Below, one piece after another: positions 10,380-20,175 of a stretch of DNA of 64,000 nucleotides. Source of the stretch: Alphaproteobacteria bacterium (GTDB taxonomy: Bacteria > Pseudomonadota > Alphaproteobacteria > UBA7887); the NCBI GenBank assembly GCA_965216755.1, contig CBDCGL010000011.1, positions 4,192,001 through 4,256,000 on the forward strand. Reading direction: 5' to 3'. The position numbers were made by a program, and so were the translations under genes. Below the pieces are notes generated by a model that was not told the DNA's origin, did not search any database, and worked only from the letters and a program-made list of their open reading frames with translations. Position 1 is the first letter of the stretch, and each line of letters opens with the position of its first letter.

Positions 10380-11221
10380 TTCGCTGCGGTTTCATCTAGC
10401 GCGGCGTCGAGGCCGCGCAAATAGCCGATCGCGCGTGCCGCGCGCGCGGCGCCGTCCGGCTCGTAAATAAACGGCTCGACCGCGATGACGCCGTCGTAGC
10501 CATTGCGCCGCAGTGCGCTCAATATGGCGGCGAAATCGTCGCAACCCTGTCCGGGCGCTTTTTTGTTGGTGTCGTTGACTTGGATGTGGCGAATGTGGCC
10601 GGTTGGCAACCAACGATCGATCACTGTCGGCAGCGGGTCGGTTTCGGCGATACCGCTGGAACAGGTGTCGATCATGGTTGCCATAGCCGGGCTGTCGACC
10701 GCCTCGACCATGGCGACGGCATCAGCGATTGTGTTGATAAAGTTGGTTTCGCGTGACGCCAATGCCTCAATGCAATAGGTGATGCCGGCTTGCGCCGCAC
10801 TGTCGGCGATCGCCGCGAATGTATCTCGTGCGCGCGCCCAATAGGCCTGCGGGTCGCCGTCGGATGGGACATGACGTGCCGGCGGCGAGCCATGAACCAT
10901 GATTTTGGCCCCTAGGTCGGCGCTCAATCCGATTAGCCTTTGCAGGACCGCGATGGTTCGCGCGCGCAAATCATCGTCGGTGCTATGGATCGACAGGCCC
11001 GGAGGCGTTACCAACAGCCAGTGCAAACTGACAATCTCAAGACCCACGTCCGAGGCCGCCCGGCGGATCGTCGCACGTTCACTGGCGGGCATCAGGTGCG
11101 GCGTCTCGCCCAATGTGAAGGGGGCCAACTCGATTGCGTCATAGCCGACCGCCGCCGCAAACGCGCACTGGTCGGCGAACGGCAGATCGCGGATCACTTC
11201 GTTGCAAAGCGCGTATTTCAT
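10376..11221 (-). CDS. Sugar-phosphate isomerase/epimerase (xylose-isomerase-like TIM barrel, ketose 3-epimerase-like)
   Basis: True start MKYALCNE overlaps tctA stop (TGATG); GYDAIELAP, CIEAL...ETNFINT, HIQVND, GYDGVIAVE. Confidence 0.85.
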   Translation of the reverse strand: MKYALCNEVIRDLPFADQCAFAAAVGYDAIELAPFTLGETPHLMPASERATIRRAASDVGLEIVSLHWLLVTPPGLSIHSTDDDLRARTIAVLQRLIGLSADLGAKIMVHGSPPARHVPSDGDPQAYWARARDTFAAIADSAAQAGITYCIEALASRETNFINTIADAVAMVEAVDSPAMATMIDTCSSGIAETDPLPTVIDRWLPTGHIRHIQVNDTNKKAPGQGCDDFAAILSALRRNGYDGVIAVEPFIYEPDGAARAARAIGYLRGLDAALDETAAN

Positions 11222-12741
11222 CAGTTCGAATCCCGGGTGCGGCGCAACGGTATCAGCCAGCGGCCGATGTTGCGGCGCAGTGCTGGGAAACTGAGCAAGA
11301 TGGTCAACAACGTGACGGTTGCCAAGACCGCACAGATGGGTCGGGTGAGAAAGGGCGTGATGTCGCCGTCGGTCAGGACCAGGCCGCGGCGCAAGCTTTT
11401 GTCCAGGATTTCGCCCAGCACAATGCCCAGCACAAGGGGCGCCATGGGATAGTTCATTTGGCGTAATGCAAAGCCGAGCAAGCCGAAGCCCAGCATGACC
11501 CAAATGTCGAAGATACGGCTGGCGATGGCGAACGACCCAATCGTGCATAGCACGAAAATGACCGACATCAGGTGGGCCCGCGACACTTGCAGGACCATCA
11601 ACAGCAGGCGCGTCAAGATTAGCCCGTAGAACAGGATCGCCAAACTGGCGAGAAAGATCATAGCCACCACTTCGTACACGAATGTGGGCGATTCGATCAT
11701 GATCAACGGGCCGGGCCGCACCCCGTGAATGAACATGGCGGCCAGCAACACCGCCGCGGGCGCCGAGCCCGGCACGGCCAGGGTCAGTACCGGAATGATC
11801 GCGCCCGGCACGGCGGCGCTGTTGCCGGTTTCCGCGGCCATCAAACCATCCACGGAACCGCTGCCGAATTGGTCGCGTTCCTTGCTGGTGCGCCGCGCCG
11901 CCGCGTAGGACGCCCAGGCGCCCATGTCCTCCCCGACGCCGGGGATCAGGCCCATCATGGTGCCGATCACGCCGGACCGCAGGATCGTCCAACGATAGTG
12001 CAGCACTTCGCCGAGACGGGGCAGAACGGAATCCATCTTGCCGCGCACCGTTTCATAGGCGCGGCTTTGCATGACCACGAGGATTTCAGCAAAGCCAAAC
12101 GCGCCCACCAGGGCGGGCAGCAGACCGAAACCACCCGCCAGATCCGTGACCCCGAAACTAAAACGTTCATAGGCATGAATGCCTTCCATGCCCACGGTTG
12201 CCAGAAGCAGACCCAAGAAACCCGCCAACCACCCCTTGAGAGGATCTCCAAGCGCGGTCAAGTGGCCGGAAATCACAATGCCGAACAGCGCCAGCCAAAA
12301 GAATTCGTAAGCGCCGAAGGCGAGCGCGAAGTCGGCCAAGATCGGCGCCAACACCGCCAGAAATACCATGCCGATCAGCGTGCCGATGACGGATCCTGAG
12401 GTCGCGATACCCATTGCGCGCCCGGCGCGCCCACTGCGCGCCAGCGGGAAACCATCCAATGTTGCGGCGGCGCTCGCGGGCGTGCCCGGGATGTTGAGCA
12501 AAATCGCGCTGCGGCTGCCGCCATAGATGGCACCGACATACATGCAGATCAGGATCAGAATCGCATCGCCGGCTTCCATGCGGAAGGTCAGCGTGGTCAT
12601 CAGCGCGACGCCAAGCGTCGCGGTCAAGCCGGGCATCATGCCGACGGTAATGCCCAGCAAAGTTGCCCACAGCACGCTGAACAGCGGCGACCAATGCATA
12701 AGGGCCGCCAGCGCCGCGATCAATTGTCCCAGCCCTTCCAT
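11221..12741 (-). CDS. tctA: Tripartite tricarboxylate transporter permease TctA
   Basis: GMMPGL, YGGSRSAILLNIPGTP, AAETGNSA, GVRPGP motifs; highly hydrophobic. Confidence 0.92.
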   Translation of the reverse strand: MEGLGQLIAALAALMHWSPLFSVLWATLLGITVGMMPGLTATLGVALMTTLTFRMEAGDAILILICMYVGAIYGGSRSAILLNIPGTPASAAATLDGFPLARSGRAGRAMGIATSGSVIGTLIGMVFLAVLAPILADFALAFGAYEFFWLALFGIVISGHLTALGDPLKGWLAGFLGLLLATVGMEGIHAYERFSFGVTDLAGGFGLLPALVGAFGFAEILVVMQSRAYETVRGKMDSVLPRLGEVLHYRWTILRSGVIGTMMGLIPGVGEDMGAWASYAAARRTSKERDQFGSGSVDGLMAAETGNSAAVPGAIIPVLTLAVPGSAPAAVLLAAMFIHGVRPGPLIMIESPTFVYEVVAMIFLASLAILFYGLILTRLLLMVLQVSRAHLMSVIFVLCTIGSFAIASRIFDIWVMLGFGLLGFALRQMNYPMAPLVLGIVLGEILDKSLRRGLVLTDGDITPFLTRPICAVLATVTLLTILLSFPALRRNIGRWLIPLRRTRDSN

Positions 12742-12747
12742 GGCAGG

Positions 12748-13248
12748 CTAGGGCAATCGAACCAGAAACACGTAGCGAAAGACCAGCGTGACGATGACGG
12801 CGACGATGACGGCCTGGACCAGGGCGGTCGTCGTGAGTCGAGTCAAATCGCGGCGCGAGGCGCCGCGCCGATACGCGAAAACGACGATGAAGGCAAAGAC
12901 GAACAGGCCGGTTGCCAACCAAAACGGCAGCGTTCCGACCAGCCCGGCCGCGTAGCCGATGGTCAGGCCGAGCGTGATAAGCACCCGCTGCGCGGCCGGC
13001 GTGCGGACCAATGTACCGGTCCCGGCCCAGGGATTGCCAATGCGCCAACCGCCGCGCCGTGCAGCGCGTAGGGTGAGCAGCAATCCCAACGCCAGAATCA
13101 TGACGCCAAGCAGGCCCGGCACGATCCCCGGCACCGTGTAGGGATTGACGGACAGATGCGCGAAGCGCGGCATGCGCAAGGATTCGAATAGCGCAAACAG
13201 GCCGAGCCCGAAAAACAGGAGGCCGGTGACGAAATCCGCGCGGGCCAT
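12748..13248 (-). CDS. tctB: TctB small membrane subunit
   Basis: Four TM helices, ends FRYVFLVRLP; lies between tctC and tctA. Confidence 0.88.
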   Translation of the reverse strand: MARADFVTGLLFFGLGLFALFESLRMPRFAHLSVNPYTVPGIVPGLLGVMILALGLLLTLRAARRGGWRIGNPWAGTGTLVRTPAAQRVLITLGLTIGYAAGLVGTLPFWLATGLFVFAFIVVFAYRRGASRRDLTRLTTTALVQAVIVAVIVTLVFRYVFLVRLP

Positions 13249-13251
13249 GCT

Positions 13252-14259
13252 TTAAGGCTTCGGTATGCCCGCGTCCTCGGGCGACATCACAGTGCGGCCG
13301 GCAGCATGCAACATCCAGGCGTCGGCTTGTACAGTCGGATAGACTTCATCGTGGGCCTTTTCACCATAGAACGGCGCAAACACCGTGCCCCGTTGCTTGG
13401 CATATGCCTGCAGCGCCGCTGAATTGGCGATCTTGTCCTGCCAGATCGTATCGAACGTGGCGATGACGTCCGGTGGGATATCGTGCGGCACGAAGATGCC
13501 GAAATGGGTCAAGGTGTTGGGAATTTCACCGACCCAGTCGCTGACTGGTGGCAAGGTTCCCAGGCCCTCCATCGCGACCGGCTCGTTGGCGGCAACGGCC
13601 AATATGCGCAGGCGGCCGGCGCGCGCCATTTCGATCTGTTCGGTCGAAAGTTGGGTCGTGACCTCAGTTTCCCCTGCCACCGTGGCGATTACGGCAGGAT
13701 TGCCGCCATCATAGCTGACGTGGCGATATTGCAGGTCAGCGGCTTGGGCGATGGCTTCCATGGTGGAATGGCCGGAAGATCCCACGCCCGCGGTGGCGAC
13801 CGAGATCTCGCCGGGCCGTGCGCGCATGGCGTCGACCAAGTCGGCCATGGTCTGGTAGGGCGTGTCGGGATTGACACCGACCAAGCTTGGCGTGACCACA
13901 TCCAGGTAAAGGAGCCAATCTTCAATGTTCGTATCGAACAGCCCGGTCAGCTTATAGGTGCCGAGCATTTTGGCGCCGCCCGCGGTCCAGGTGTAACCGT
14001 CATGGGGCGCCTGCCAGGTGTTCTTTTTGCCGATCGAACCGGACGCACCGGGCTGATTGACCACGACAATTTTCTGACCGAGGGCGGTTTCAAGCTCGCC
14101 CGCCAGGACGCGGGTCACCTGGTCGGTCGAGCCGCCGGCGGCCCAGGGCACGATTATCGTGATTGGTTTGGTCGGCTGCCATGGCAGATCATCGGCCAAA
14201 GCGGCACCGCCGAGGATGACGACCGCCAACGCGGCGCAAACAACTTTGAATCCGTGCAT
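13252..14259 (-). CDS. tctC: TctC/Bug family substrate-binding protein
   Basis: PITIIVPWAAGGSTD, VVVNQPGASGSIG, HDGYT; signal peptide. Confidence 0.92.
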   Translation of the reverse strand: MHGFKVVCAALAVVILGGAALADDLPWQPTKPITIIVPWAAGGSTDQVTRVLAGELETALGQKIVVVNQPGASGSIGKKNTWQAPHDGYTWTAGGAKMLGTYKLTGLFDTNIEDWLLYLDVVTPSLVGVNPDTPYQTMADLVDAMRARPGEISVATAGVGSSGHSTMEAIAQAADLQYRHVSYDGGNPAVIATVAGETEVTTQLSTEQIEMARAGRLRILAVAANEPVAMEGLGTLPPVSDWVGEIPNTLTHFGIFVPHDIPPDVIATFDTIWQDKIANSAALQAYAKQRGTVFAPFYGEKAHDEVYPTVQADAWMLHAAGRTVMSPEDAGIPKP

Positions 14260-14395
14260 AGCCGATTCTCCCTCTAATTCACACGCGCCCGTCAATGCGA
14301 AGCATGCCGAGCGCGACGCCGTGCCGTCAAGCGGCTAGCCGACCGCGCTTGGTCGCGCATATCATGGCAATGAGAAAACAAAGGAGGGCTCGGCC

Positions 14396-15412
14396 GTGAC
14401 GTCGAACATGCCGAGAATTCAGACGACGGTGGTCGGATCCTACCCGCTGCCCGATTGGTTGGCGGCTAATCCAACCGAGCAAGCCTTGGACGATGCCGCG
14501 CGCGTCGTCATCCACACCCAAGAACATGCCGGTATCGATCTGGTTTGTGACGGCGAACTATATCGGTTCGATGTCAACCACCCGGCTACCAACGGCATGA
14601 TCGAATATTTCTTGCGGCCTATGGCCGGGGTGCGGACGGCGATTCGGTTCGACGAAGCGGTCGCGTATCGGGCGCGCAGCGACATGGCGTTTCGCAGCCG
14701 CCCGCCTGGCGTCGTTGACGGGCCGATTGAGGCCGGCACGCTCGATTTGCCGGCGGCCTGTGCCCGGGCGCGCGCCCTTGCCCAAGCCCCATTGAAGTTC
14801 ACGCTGACCGGGCCGCATATGCTGGCGAAGACGTTGGTGGACAACTACTACAACGACCGTGACGCGTTGGTCGACGCCATCGCCGATGTGTTGGCCGCCC
14901 AAGTGGCTCAGTGCGATGCCGACGTCATCCAGGTCGACGAAGCCAATCTGCCGGGCCACCCGACGGAATGGCCGATGGCGTCGCGGGCGATCAACAAGGT
15001 GCTCGATGCCATCCCGAGCGTGTCAGCGGTGCATTTGTGCTTTGGCAACTATGGGGGGCAGACAATACAAGACGGTACCTGGGGGCCGTTGCTCGACTAT
15101 CTAAACAGTCTGCATACTGACCACATCGTTATGGAAAATGCGCGTCGGCCGGCTGAAGAATTGGCTGTTTTTCGGGACCTCAAACCAGAAATTGGCATGG
15201 GGCTTGGCGTGATCGATATCAAACAGACCGAGATCGAAAGCGCCGACGACGTGGCCCGCGCGATCGAGCGCGCCGATACTGTGATTGGCGCCGGACGGGT
15301 GCGCTATATCCACCCGGATTGTGGCTTTTGGATGCTCAAACGCCCAATCGCCGACGCCAAAATCAGAGCGCTCGTCAAGGGCCGCGACGTGTATGAAGGA
15401 CGACACGCATGA
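14396..15412 (+). CDS. Cobalamin-independent methionine synthase II (MetE C-terminal)-like zinc protein
   Basis: TTVVGSYPLP, DGELYR, IQVDE, Zn ligands HLCFGN / E / HPDCG. Confidence 0.88.
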   Translation: MTSNMPRIQTTVVGSYPLPDWLAANPTEQALDDAARVVIHTQEHAGIDLVCDGELYRFDVNHPATNGMIEYFLRPMAGVRTAIRFDEAVAYRARSDMAFRSRPPGVVDGPIEAGTLDLPAACARARALAQAPLKFTLTGPHMLAKTLVDNYYNDRDALVDAIADVLAAQVAQCDADVIQVDEANLPGHPTEWPMASRAINKVLDAIPSVSAVHLCFGNYGGQTIQDGTWGPLLDYLNSLHTDHIVMENARRPAEELAVFRDLKPEIGMGLGVIDIKQTEIESADDVARAIERADTVIGAGRVRYIHPDCGFWMLKRPIADAKIRALVKGRDVYEGRHA

Positions 15413-15568
15413 AACTGAAACGCGTCGAATGTATCGCCATCGTCGCCGCCTGTTGGTCACTTACGGGGCGGAGATGTCGCTGGCCATGACCAGCTTTGGT
15501 GGGTGTATAGACCGTGCCTTCACACCCACGGGTCACCCGCGGACGCGCTCCGTGGGGCAGAAAGTGCG

Positions 15569-16393
15569 CTAAACCAGCGCGGCGAAGCGTTCCTTGGCAA
15601 TGCGGACAACCTCTTCGGGATCGCGCTGCCACCAGTTGTTCTGAGAGAAGATCTCCACTTCGATCGGTCCGTCATAACCGGCCGCGTCGATCCAAGACCG
15701 AATGCGCGCGATATCGATGACGCCGTCACCCATCATGCCGCGATCCAACAAGAAATCGGTCGTCGGCACCAGCCAGTCGCAAACGTGAAAACCGAGAATG
15801 CGGTCTTTGCCGGCGCGGGCGATCTGGCGTTCCAAGGTGGGATCCCACCAGACGTGATAAACATCGACCGCGACGCCCACGCCATCGCCCAACGCGTCGC
15901 AAAGGTCCAAGGCGTGCGACAGCGTGTTGATACAGGTGCGGTCGGCGGCATACATCGGATGCAGCGGCTCGATGGCCAGTGGCACGCCGGACGCGCGGGC
16001 ATGGGGCAGGATCGCCGCCAGTCCGTCGGCGATCATGGCGTGGGCACCGGGTAGATCCTTGGAGCCCTTGGGCAAGCCGCCGCCCAAAATCACCAAACAC
16101 CGCGCGCCGATTGTGGCGGCCTCATCAATTGCACGCTTATTGTCATCAATCACGGCTTGGCGTCCCGCCGCGTCGGCAGCCGGGAACATGCCGCCCCGGC
16201 AGACGCTTGAGGCCGAAAGGCCGGCATCGCGAATGCGCATCCCCGCTTGGTCAACGCCGCACGCGGCCAGCTGATCGCGCCATGGTGCGACCCATCGAAT
16301 GCCCGCGGTGGCACAACCGTCGATAGCCGCCGGGGCATCCCACTTCATACGTGTGGTGGCAAAATTCCATGACAGCCGCGTGCTGTTGGCCAT
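15569..16393 (-). CDS. Sugar-phosphate isomerase/epimerase (AP_endonuc_2 family)
   Basis: LAIEPLHPMYAADR, DVYHVWWD, FHVCDW, RGMMGDGVID, EVEIF. Confidence 0.88.
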   Translation of the reverse strand: MANSTRLSWNFATTRMKWDAPAAIDGCATAGIRWVAPWRDQLAACGVDQAGMRIRDAGLSASSVCRGGMFPAADAAGRQAVIDDNKRAIDEAATIGARCLVILGGGLPKGSKDLPGAHAMIADGLAAILPHARASGVPLAIEPLHPMYAADRTCINTLSHALDLCDALGDGVGVAVDVYHVWWDPTLERQIARAGKDRILGFHVCDWLVPTTDFLLDRGMMGDGVIDIARIRSWIDAAGYDGPIEVEIFSQNNWWQRDPEEVVRIAKERFAALV

Positions 16394-16396
16394 CGT

Positions 16397-17818
16397 TCAA
16401 ACCTCTTCCGATAACATCGGTCGCAAGCTCGACCAATCCGGCAACGCTGCGGTTGCGAATCCGGGACATGCGAGCGAGCCGATCGCCAATTCGCCGTGGC
16501 GAATGTTTATGCGCACTGGTCCATCCTGCTGATGATAGAGGTCGCCGTGCGCGGCCAAAAATTGCTGTTGTTCGTGTTCCGGCGCGGCGCCCATTCCGTT
16601 CGCATAGTGATGACCATTGCGCTCGACATGACGGCAACCGATCATCGCCGCCAAGGCCAAATCCTGCTGTACGCAAATACCGGCTTGGGTCGACAAATCC
16701 TCGGCCGACATGAAATAGGTGTCGCGGCCGGACTCGCTATTCCAATGGGCGCAACGGGCGCGGTTCAAGAACGATTTGTAGAGACCCTTACAGCCCTTCG
16801 ACGACACGCCGTGATAGCCGAGCGCGCGGGCGCGAGGAAATATATCCAAGGATTCATCGGACTCGTCAATAATCACCGGCTTGCCGATAGTGAGATCGGA
16901 AATATCAATTTCCAACGCGACATTGCGGGAAACCGGTTGCTCAACAAATAGAATCGAATCGTACAAACGGCGCAACGCCGGCGTGGCGCGCATCACAGCC
17001 ATCAATTCTTCAATGCCAGACAGATCATTATATTGCTCATTACCGTCGAGTGTTGAGTGATACGTCTCCCCGCTTTGGTCCAACACCTCGGCGATTTGTG
17101 TCAGCCGTTCGACGTCTGCTTTAAAATCACCGCCAACCTTGATCTTGAAAAATCTCTGGCCGTATGCGCTGACCACCTGATCCAGGGTTTCCGGCAAGCC
17201 ATCATTGACTGACGACTCGCTGGCCGACAATGGGTCGACAAGGCCGACCGTGTGTCGGGGAATTATGGTCGCCGGCGGGTGTATCGTTCCAAGCAGGCCA
17301 TCAATATCGAATCCAGCCAAATCCGTGCTCAGCGCGCCGACCGACAGCCCAGCGATGTTGGCGGCCATGCCCTCAAAAACAGACACATCGGCGAGACGAC
17401 ACACCGCGTCCAGGATGGCCCTGTCAAGGACCGCCGGGCCATAGCAAGACACCAACGGGTTCAAACCACGCGCCGCACCGGCTGCGATCTGGTCGCGATA
17501 GCAAGCTTGATAAAGGCCAAAGGGCGTCTGCCAACCGGCGCTTTGATAGGCGTCGGTCGCCAGCCGCAGTGCGGTGCGCAACTGGCGTTCGTTGTCGGCG
17601 TCGGTCAGGGCCGGGTTTTTGTCGAACCATTTCGGCACCAGCAACTCGGCGGCCACGCCGCTTGATTCGCGGTTCTGTTCATCGCGTACCCGAACGCGCA
17701 CAAACGCCTGCTTCGCTTCGGTGAGAATGATCACGCCAAATCGAAACGGAATCCTCAGCCGCACGTCGCGTTCGGCAAAGGCGACGTCGTCGACCGTGAT
17801 GCGCGGCGCGGCGCTCAA
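16397..17818 (-). CDS. Enolase/mandelate-racemase superfamily protein, substrate unknown
   Basis: FKIKVGG (KxK), LDGNEQY, FVEQP, IIDESD acidic metal ligands. Confidence 0.75.
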   Translation of the reverse strand: MSAAPRITVDDVAFAERDVRLRIPFRFGVIILTEAKQAFVRVRVRDEQNRESSGVAAELLVPKWFDKNPALTDADNERQLRTALRLATDAYQSAGWQTPFGLYQACYRDQIAAGAARGLNPLVSCYGPAVLDRAILDAVCRLADVSVFEGMAANIAGLSVGALSTDLAGFDIDGLLGTIHPPATIIPRHTVGLVDPLSASESSVNDGLPETLDQVVSAYGQRFFKIKVGGDFKADVERLTQIAEVLDQSGETYHSTLDGNEQYNDLSGIEELMAVMRATPALRRLYDSILFVEQPVSRNVALEIDISDLTIGKPVIIDESDESLDIFPRARALGYHGVSSKGCKGLYKSFLNRARCAHWNSESGRDTYFMSAEDLSTQAGICVQQDLALAAMIGCRHVERNGHHYANGMGAAPEHEQQQFLAAHGDLYHQQDGPVRINIRHGELAIGSLACPGFATAALPDWSSLRPMLSEEV

Positions 17819-17821
17819 AGC

Positions 17822-18988
17822 TTATTGCGCCACGCCGTGGACGGCGAGCATCGATTTCATGCGATCGCTCGCCAGTTCTGGATCGCGCAAGAGATTTGCG
17901 GCATCGGCCAGACGAAACAACTCGGCCAGGTGCAGCAGCGACCGGGCACTTTGTTGACCCCCGACCATGACGAAATGATCTTGATGGCCGTTGAGCCAAG
18001 CCATGAAGACAACGCCCGTTTTGTAGAAACGCGTCGGCGCTTTGAATATGTGGCGCGACAGGGGTACGGTCGGCGCCAGCAACGCGTGAAAACTGCCACG
18101 TTCATTATTCGCAAGCGCATCGAGTGCGGCGGACGCCGCCGGCGCGATGGGATCAAAGATTCCCAGCAAGGCATCGCTATAGCCAACCGTATCGCCATCA
18201 ATCAGCTCGGCATAATTGAAATCATCGCCCGTATACATGCGAACACCTTCGGGCAGTCGGCGACGCATGGCGATTTCTTTGTCTTTGTCCAGCAGCGAAA
18301 CCTTGATGCCGTCGACTTTGTCGGCGTGGGCCCCGATCACATCCAGGCAAACGTTCATGGCGTCCATGTGATCGGCGTGGCCCCAATAGCCTTCAAGAGC
18401 GGGGTCGAACATTTCGCCCAACCAATGGATAATAACGGGTCTTGCGACTTGGCCCAAGATCCGGTCATAGACCTGGACATAGTCATCGGGCCCTTGAGCA
18501 CAGGCGGCCAATGCACGGCTTGCCATCAAAATGATATCGCCGCCCAGCGATTCGATGAACGCGACTTGTTCCTCGTATGCCGCCACAACCGCGTCGAGCG
18601 TCAGGTCGCCGTTTGGCTGGACATGGTCGGTTCCGGCGCCCGAAGCAATGCGCGCGCCAGGGACGGTCTTGGCCGCTTCAAGACTCCGCCGGATCAGCTC
18701 ACGGCTGGTTTGCCAATCGAGCCCCATGCCGCGCTGGGCCGTATCCATGGCTTCCGCCACGCCTAAACCCAAATCCCAGAGCTGGTGGCGATAGGCGATC
18801 GTCGTGTCCCAATCCAATGCGGGTTCAAGCCATGGATCGACGTCGGCGCGTGAATCCGCGACCACATGCGCCGCCGAATACGCCACGCGGTTAAAAGGAC
18901 GGTTGGAGCGGACCGGAAAGGCGCGCGGCTGGCGCAAGGTGAACGGCGCCAAATCGCCATTTTCAGTCGGCAGATTAATCGTTGTCAT
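17822..18988 (-). CDS. DUF993 dihydrodipicolinate-synthase-like protein
   Basis: AYSAAHVV, GVAEAMDTAQRGMG, HWLGEMFDP, GIKVSLL, YTGDDFNY. Confidence 0.88.
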   Translation of the reverse strand: MTTINLPTENGDLAPFTLRQPRAFPVRSNRPFNRVAYSAAHVVADSRADVDPWLEPALDWDTTIAYRHQLWDLGLGVAEAMDTAQRGMGLDWQTSRELIRRSLEAAKTVPGARIASGAGTDHVQPNGDLTLDAVVAAYEEQVAFIESLGGDIILMASRALAACAQGPDDYVQVYDRILGQVARPVIIHWLGEMFDPALEGYWGHADHMDAMNVCLDVIGAHADKVDGIKVSLLDKDKEIAMRRRLPEGVRMYTGDDFNYAELIDGDTVGYSDALLGIFDPIAPAASAALDALANNERGSFHALLAPTVPLSRHIFKAPTRFYKTGVVFMAWLNGHQDHFVMVGGQQSARSLLHLAELFRLADAANLLRDPELASDRMKSMLAVHGVAQ

Positions 18989-18997
18989 CGGTTATCC

Positions 18998-20149
18998 CTA
19001 TCTCTCCAGTTCGGGCAAATCGATCCAGCGCCGCTCGCGCCAACTTTGCAAGGCGGCCTCCGCCAACTGCACGCCCTTGGCACCGGCGCGTAAATCCCAG
19101 GGAAACGGCGTGTCATCACACACATGGCGCAAGAACTGTGCCCATTGCGCCTTGAACGCGTTATCGTCATCGAGCGTATCCGGCACAACCTGCCAGCCGG
19201 CAAAGTGGTCAATTGTCGATGGCACGTCCGGGTTCCAAACCGGCTTGGGCGTGGTCGCGCGTGGCTGAACACGACAGTCGCGTAAGCCTGCAACGGCCGT
19301 CCCATGTGTCCCGTCGACTTGGATCGTCAGCAAATCGTCGCGGCGCACGCGTACTGCCCAGGAACAGTTGAAATGGGCGATCACGCCGTCGGCAAGTTGA
19401 AACGTCATATAGGCGGCGTCATCGGCGGTGGTGTGATAGGGCACGCCATTTTCGTCCCACCGTTCGGCGATGTGGGTCGCGCCCAAACAACTCACCGCTT
19501 CGACAGGGCCAATCGTGTTGTCGAGCACATAGCGCCAATGGGGCGCCATATCCAAAATGATGCCGCCGCCATCTTCGGCCCGATAATTCCACGACGGCCG
19601 TTGGGCTGGCTGTAAATCGCCCTCAAACACCCAGTAGCCGAATTCACCGCGCACCGACAGGATTTGGCCAAGCAAACCGGAATCGCGAACCAGCTTCAAT
19701 TTTCGTAAGCCCGGCAACCACAGTTTATCTTGCACGACACCATGTTTGACGCCCGCGTCGTGCGCGGCGCGATAAACGTCGAGCGCATCGGCAAGAGTGG
19801 CCGCAACCGGCTTCTCGCAGTAGATGTGCTTGCCGGCGGCGATCGCCCGGCGCAGCAGCTCGGCGCGCATGAGAGTCGCCGCGGCGTCGAAAAAGACGCC
19901 GAAATCGGGTTCGCTCAGCGCGGCGTCCAAATCGGTCGTCCAGCGCCTGATGTTGTGGGCCTTGGCGAGTGCCGCCAGCTTGGTTTCGTTACGCCCCACC
20001 AGCAGGGGGTCGGGAATGACCCGCGAACCGTCGGCAAGCGGTACGCCGCCGCTATCCCGAAGGGCCAGGATTGAACGCACCAAATGCTGATTCATGCCCA
20101 TGCGCCCGGTCACGCCGTGCATGATGATGCCGAGTTTCTTGGCGGTCAT
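18998..20149 (-). CDS. Gfo/Idh/MocA oxidoreductase
   Basis: GVTGRMG, GKHIYCEKP, GGGIILDMAPHW. Confidence 0.92.
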   Translation of the reverse strand: MTAKKLGIIMHGVTGRMGMNQHLVRSILALRDSGGVPLADGSRVIPDPLLVGRNETKLAALAKAHNIRRWTTDLDAALSEPDFGVFFDAAATLMRAELLRRAIAAGKHIYCEKPVAATLADALDVYRAAHDAGVKHGVVQDKLWLPGLRKLKLVRDSGLLGQILSVRGEFGYWVFEGDLQPAQRPSWNYRAEDGGGIILDMAPHWRYVLDNTIGPVEAVSCLGATHIAERWDENGVPYHTTADDAAYMTFQLADGVIAHFNCSWAVRVRRDDLLTIQVDGTHGTAVAGLRDCRVQPRATTPKPVWNPDVPSTIDHFAGWQVVPDTLDDDNAFKAQWAQFLRHVCDDTPFPWDLRAGAKGVQLAEAALQSWRERRWIDLPELER

Positions 20150-20175
20150 GGTGTCTCCCTAAAGCGCGCTGCGTA

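Noticed and set aside
11222-11992. N-terminal extension of the 538-aa ORF
   Set aside because: Off-frame overlap with tctA; the real isomerase starts at 11221.
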